Of a stretch of DNA of 64,000 nucleotides, positions 63,131-64,000 are shown in pieces (position 1 is the stretch's first letter; every line of letters starts with the position of its first letter). The position numbers were made by a program, and so were the translations under genes. Origin of the DNA: Sphyrna mokarran (Eukaryota). The stretch is from NCBI GenBank assembly GCA_024679065.1, contig JAGIQG010000013.1, forward strand, positions 46,004,001 through 46,068,000, read 5' to 3'. A model generated the notes under the pieces. It ran no database searches. It saw nothing but the letters and a program-made list of their open reading frames with translations, and was not told the origin of the DNA.

Positions 63131-63636
63131 GAATTAAATAAAAAAAAGACCAAACAATGAAAATAGTATATTTGAGCAAACCCATCAGAAAATTAGAATT
63201 GGGGAACTTTTATTTTATAGCAATATAAGGTAAAATGAAATACTATACAAGACTATTCTAATCATTTGGGTTTGGGTATTGTCTGTATTTCTTATATTAA
63301 ATTGAAGGTATAGGGCACAGCATGGGGAAGGATGTTCCAGGATTACAGTTCCGTCATTTTTTTCAGCCATCCACATGACAAATAAAATTATTCCTTGATC
63401 AGATAGATAATGCTTTTCTGCCAATGCAATGGCCCTACTGAACCGCAACTAAATTTTCTCCATCATTTTTGTTGGACACCATTTTTTCTTCCTTAAATTG
63501 CATACTTGATAAATACTTTCATTCATATCAAACCAAAAAACCTCAATTGTGGGCACACAATATCAACTACATTAACTCTTTGAAGAATGGACAATTAATG
63601 TGTGCCAATACTTGTAACATTTTGTTACTAGACACT

Positions 63637-63649
63637 GTTACCTAGCAAC
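63637..63649. promoter_or_regulatory. Candidate RFX X-box
   Basis: GTTACCTAGCAAC is a near-palindromic match to GTTRCC(N0-3)RGYAAC. Confidence 0.4.
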
Positions 63650-64000
63650 CTGTTTAACCTATGGTTAAATTAATCAGTTTTTCAATTTCTGTTTCTGGTT
63701 CTTTCTACAAATTGCAGAGACTTAAAGGTTAAACTTTATCAGGTTTGCTATATTGTAGAAGGAAAATATGTAATAAGGACAATCAGGCTTGATACATAGG
63801 AACAGATTTTACATCACATGGTATTTAAAAGGAAAACTATCTTGTGATAAAGCTAAAAAAAGGTAGTTTGAAAGACCAAAGATTGCTTCTCTTCTATTCA
63901 TCCATTACCCACCTTCCCACCTTTTTCATTTCACATGTAAGATCTATCATTCTTCACTAGTTGAAGCAGTTAATTCTCCTGTTGCCATTTGTTGTACATT

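Noticed and set aside
1-64000. CRISPR array, prokaryotic operon, endogenous non-retroviral virus or numt
   Set aside because: No regularly spaced repeat-spacer pattern, no long or dense ORFs, and no viral or mitochondrial motifs recognised.

Overview
Eukaryotic, repeat-dense, essentially non-coding DNA from a cartilaginous fish, most likely a shark. The basis is five HE1-type tRNA-derived SINEs, a SacSINE1/Deu-type SINE and many CR1 LINE fragments. No host protein-coding gene, RNA gene or CRISPR array can be supported, and the window reads as intergenic DNA or a large intron. Nearly every protein-like ORF belongs to a decayed transposable element: CR1 (ORF1 esterase, RT), Gypsy LTR elements (gag, protease, RT/RNase H, integrase, LTR/PBS/PPT), two Penelope-like GIY-YIG elements, RTE/BovB-like LINEs and a two-ORF PIF/Harbinger remnant with about seven GC-rich MITE-like derivatives. 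The most notable observations are: (i) a minimal hammerhead-ribozyme core at the 3' end of a Penelope element, with solo and palindromic derivatives of such termini; (ii) a twin-priming-like inversion in the other Penelope copy; (iii) a templated local duplication; and (iv) repeat-free islands with CTCF, RFX and PBX-HOX-type motifs plus one candidate short intron. I did not find a convincing, wholly new biological system. All family assignments come from motif recognition by eye, and boundaries of old elements are approximate.
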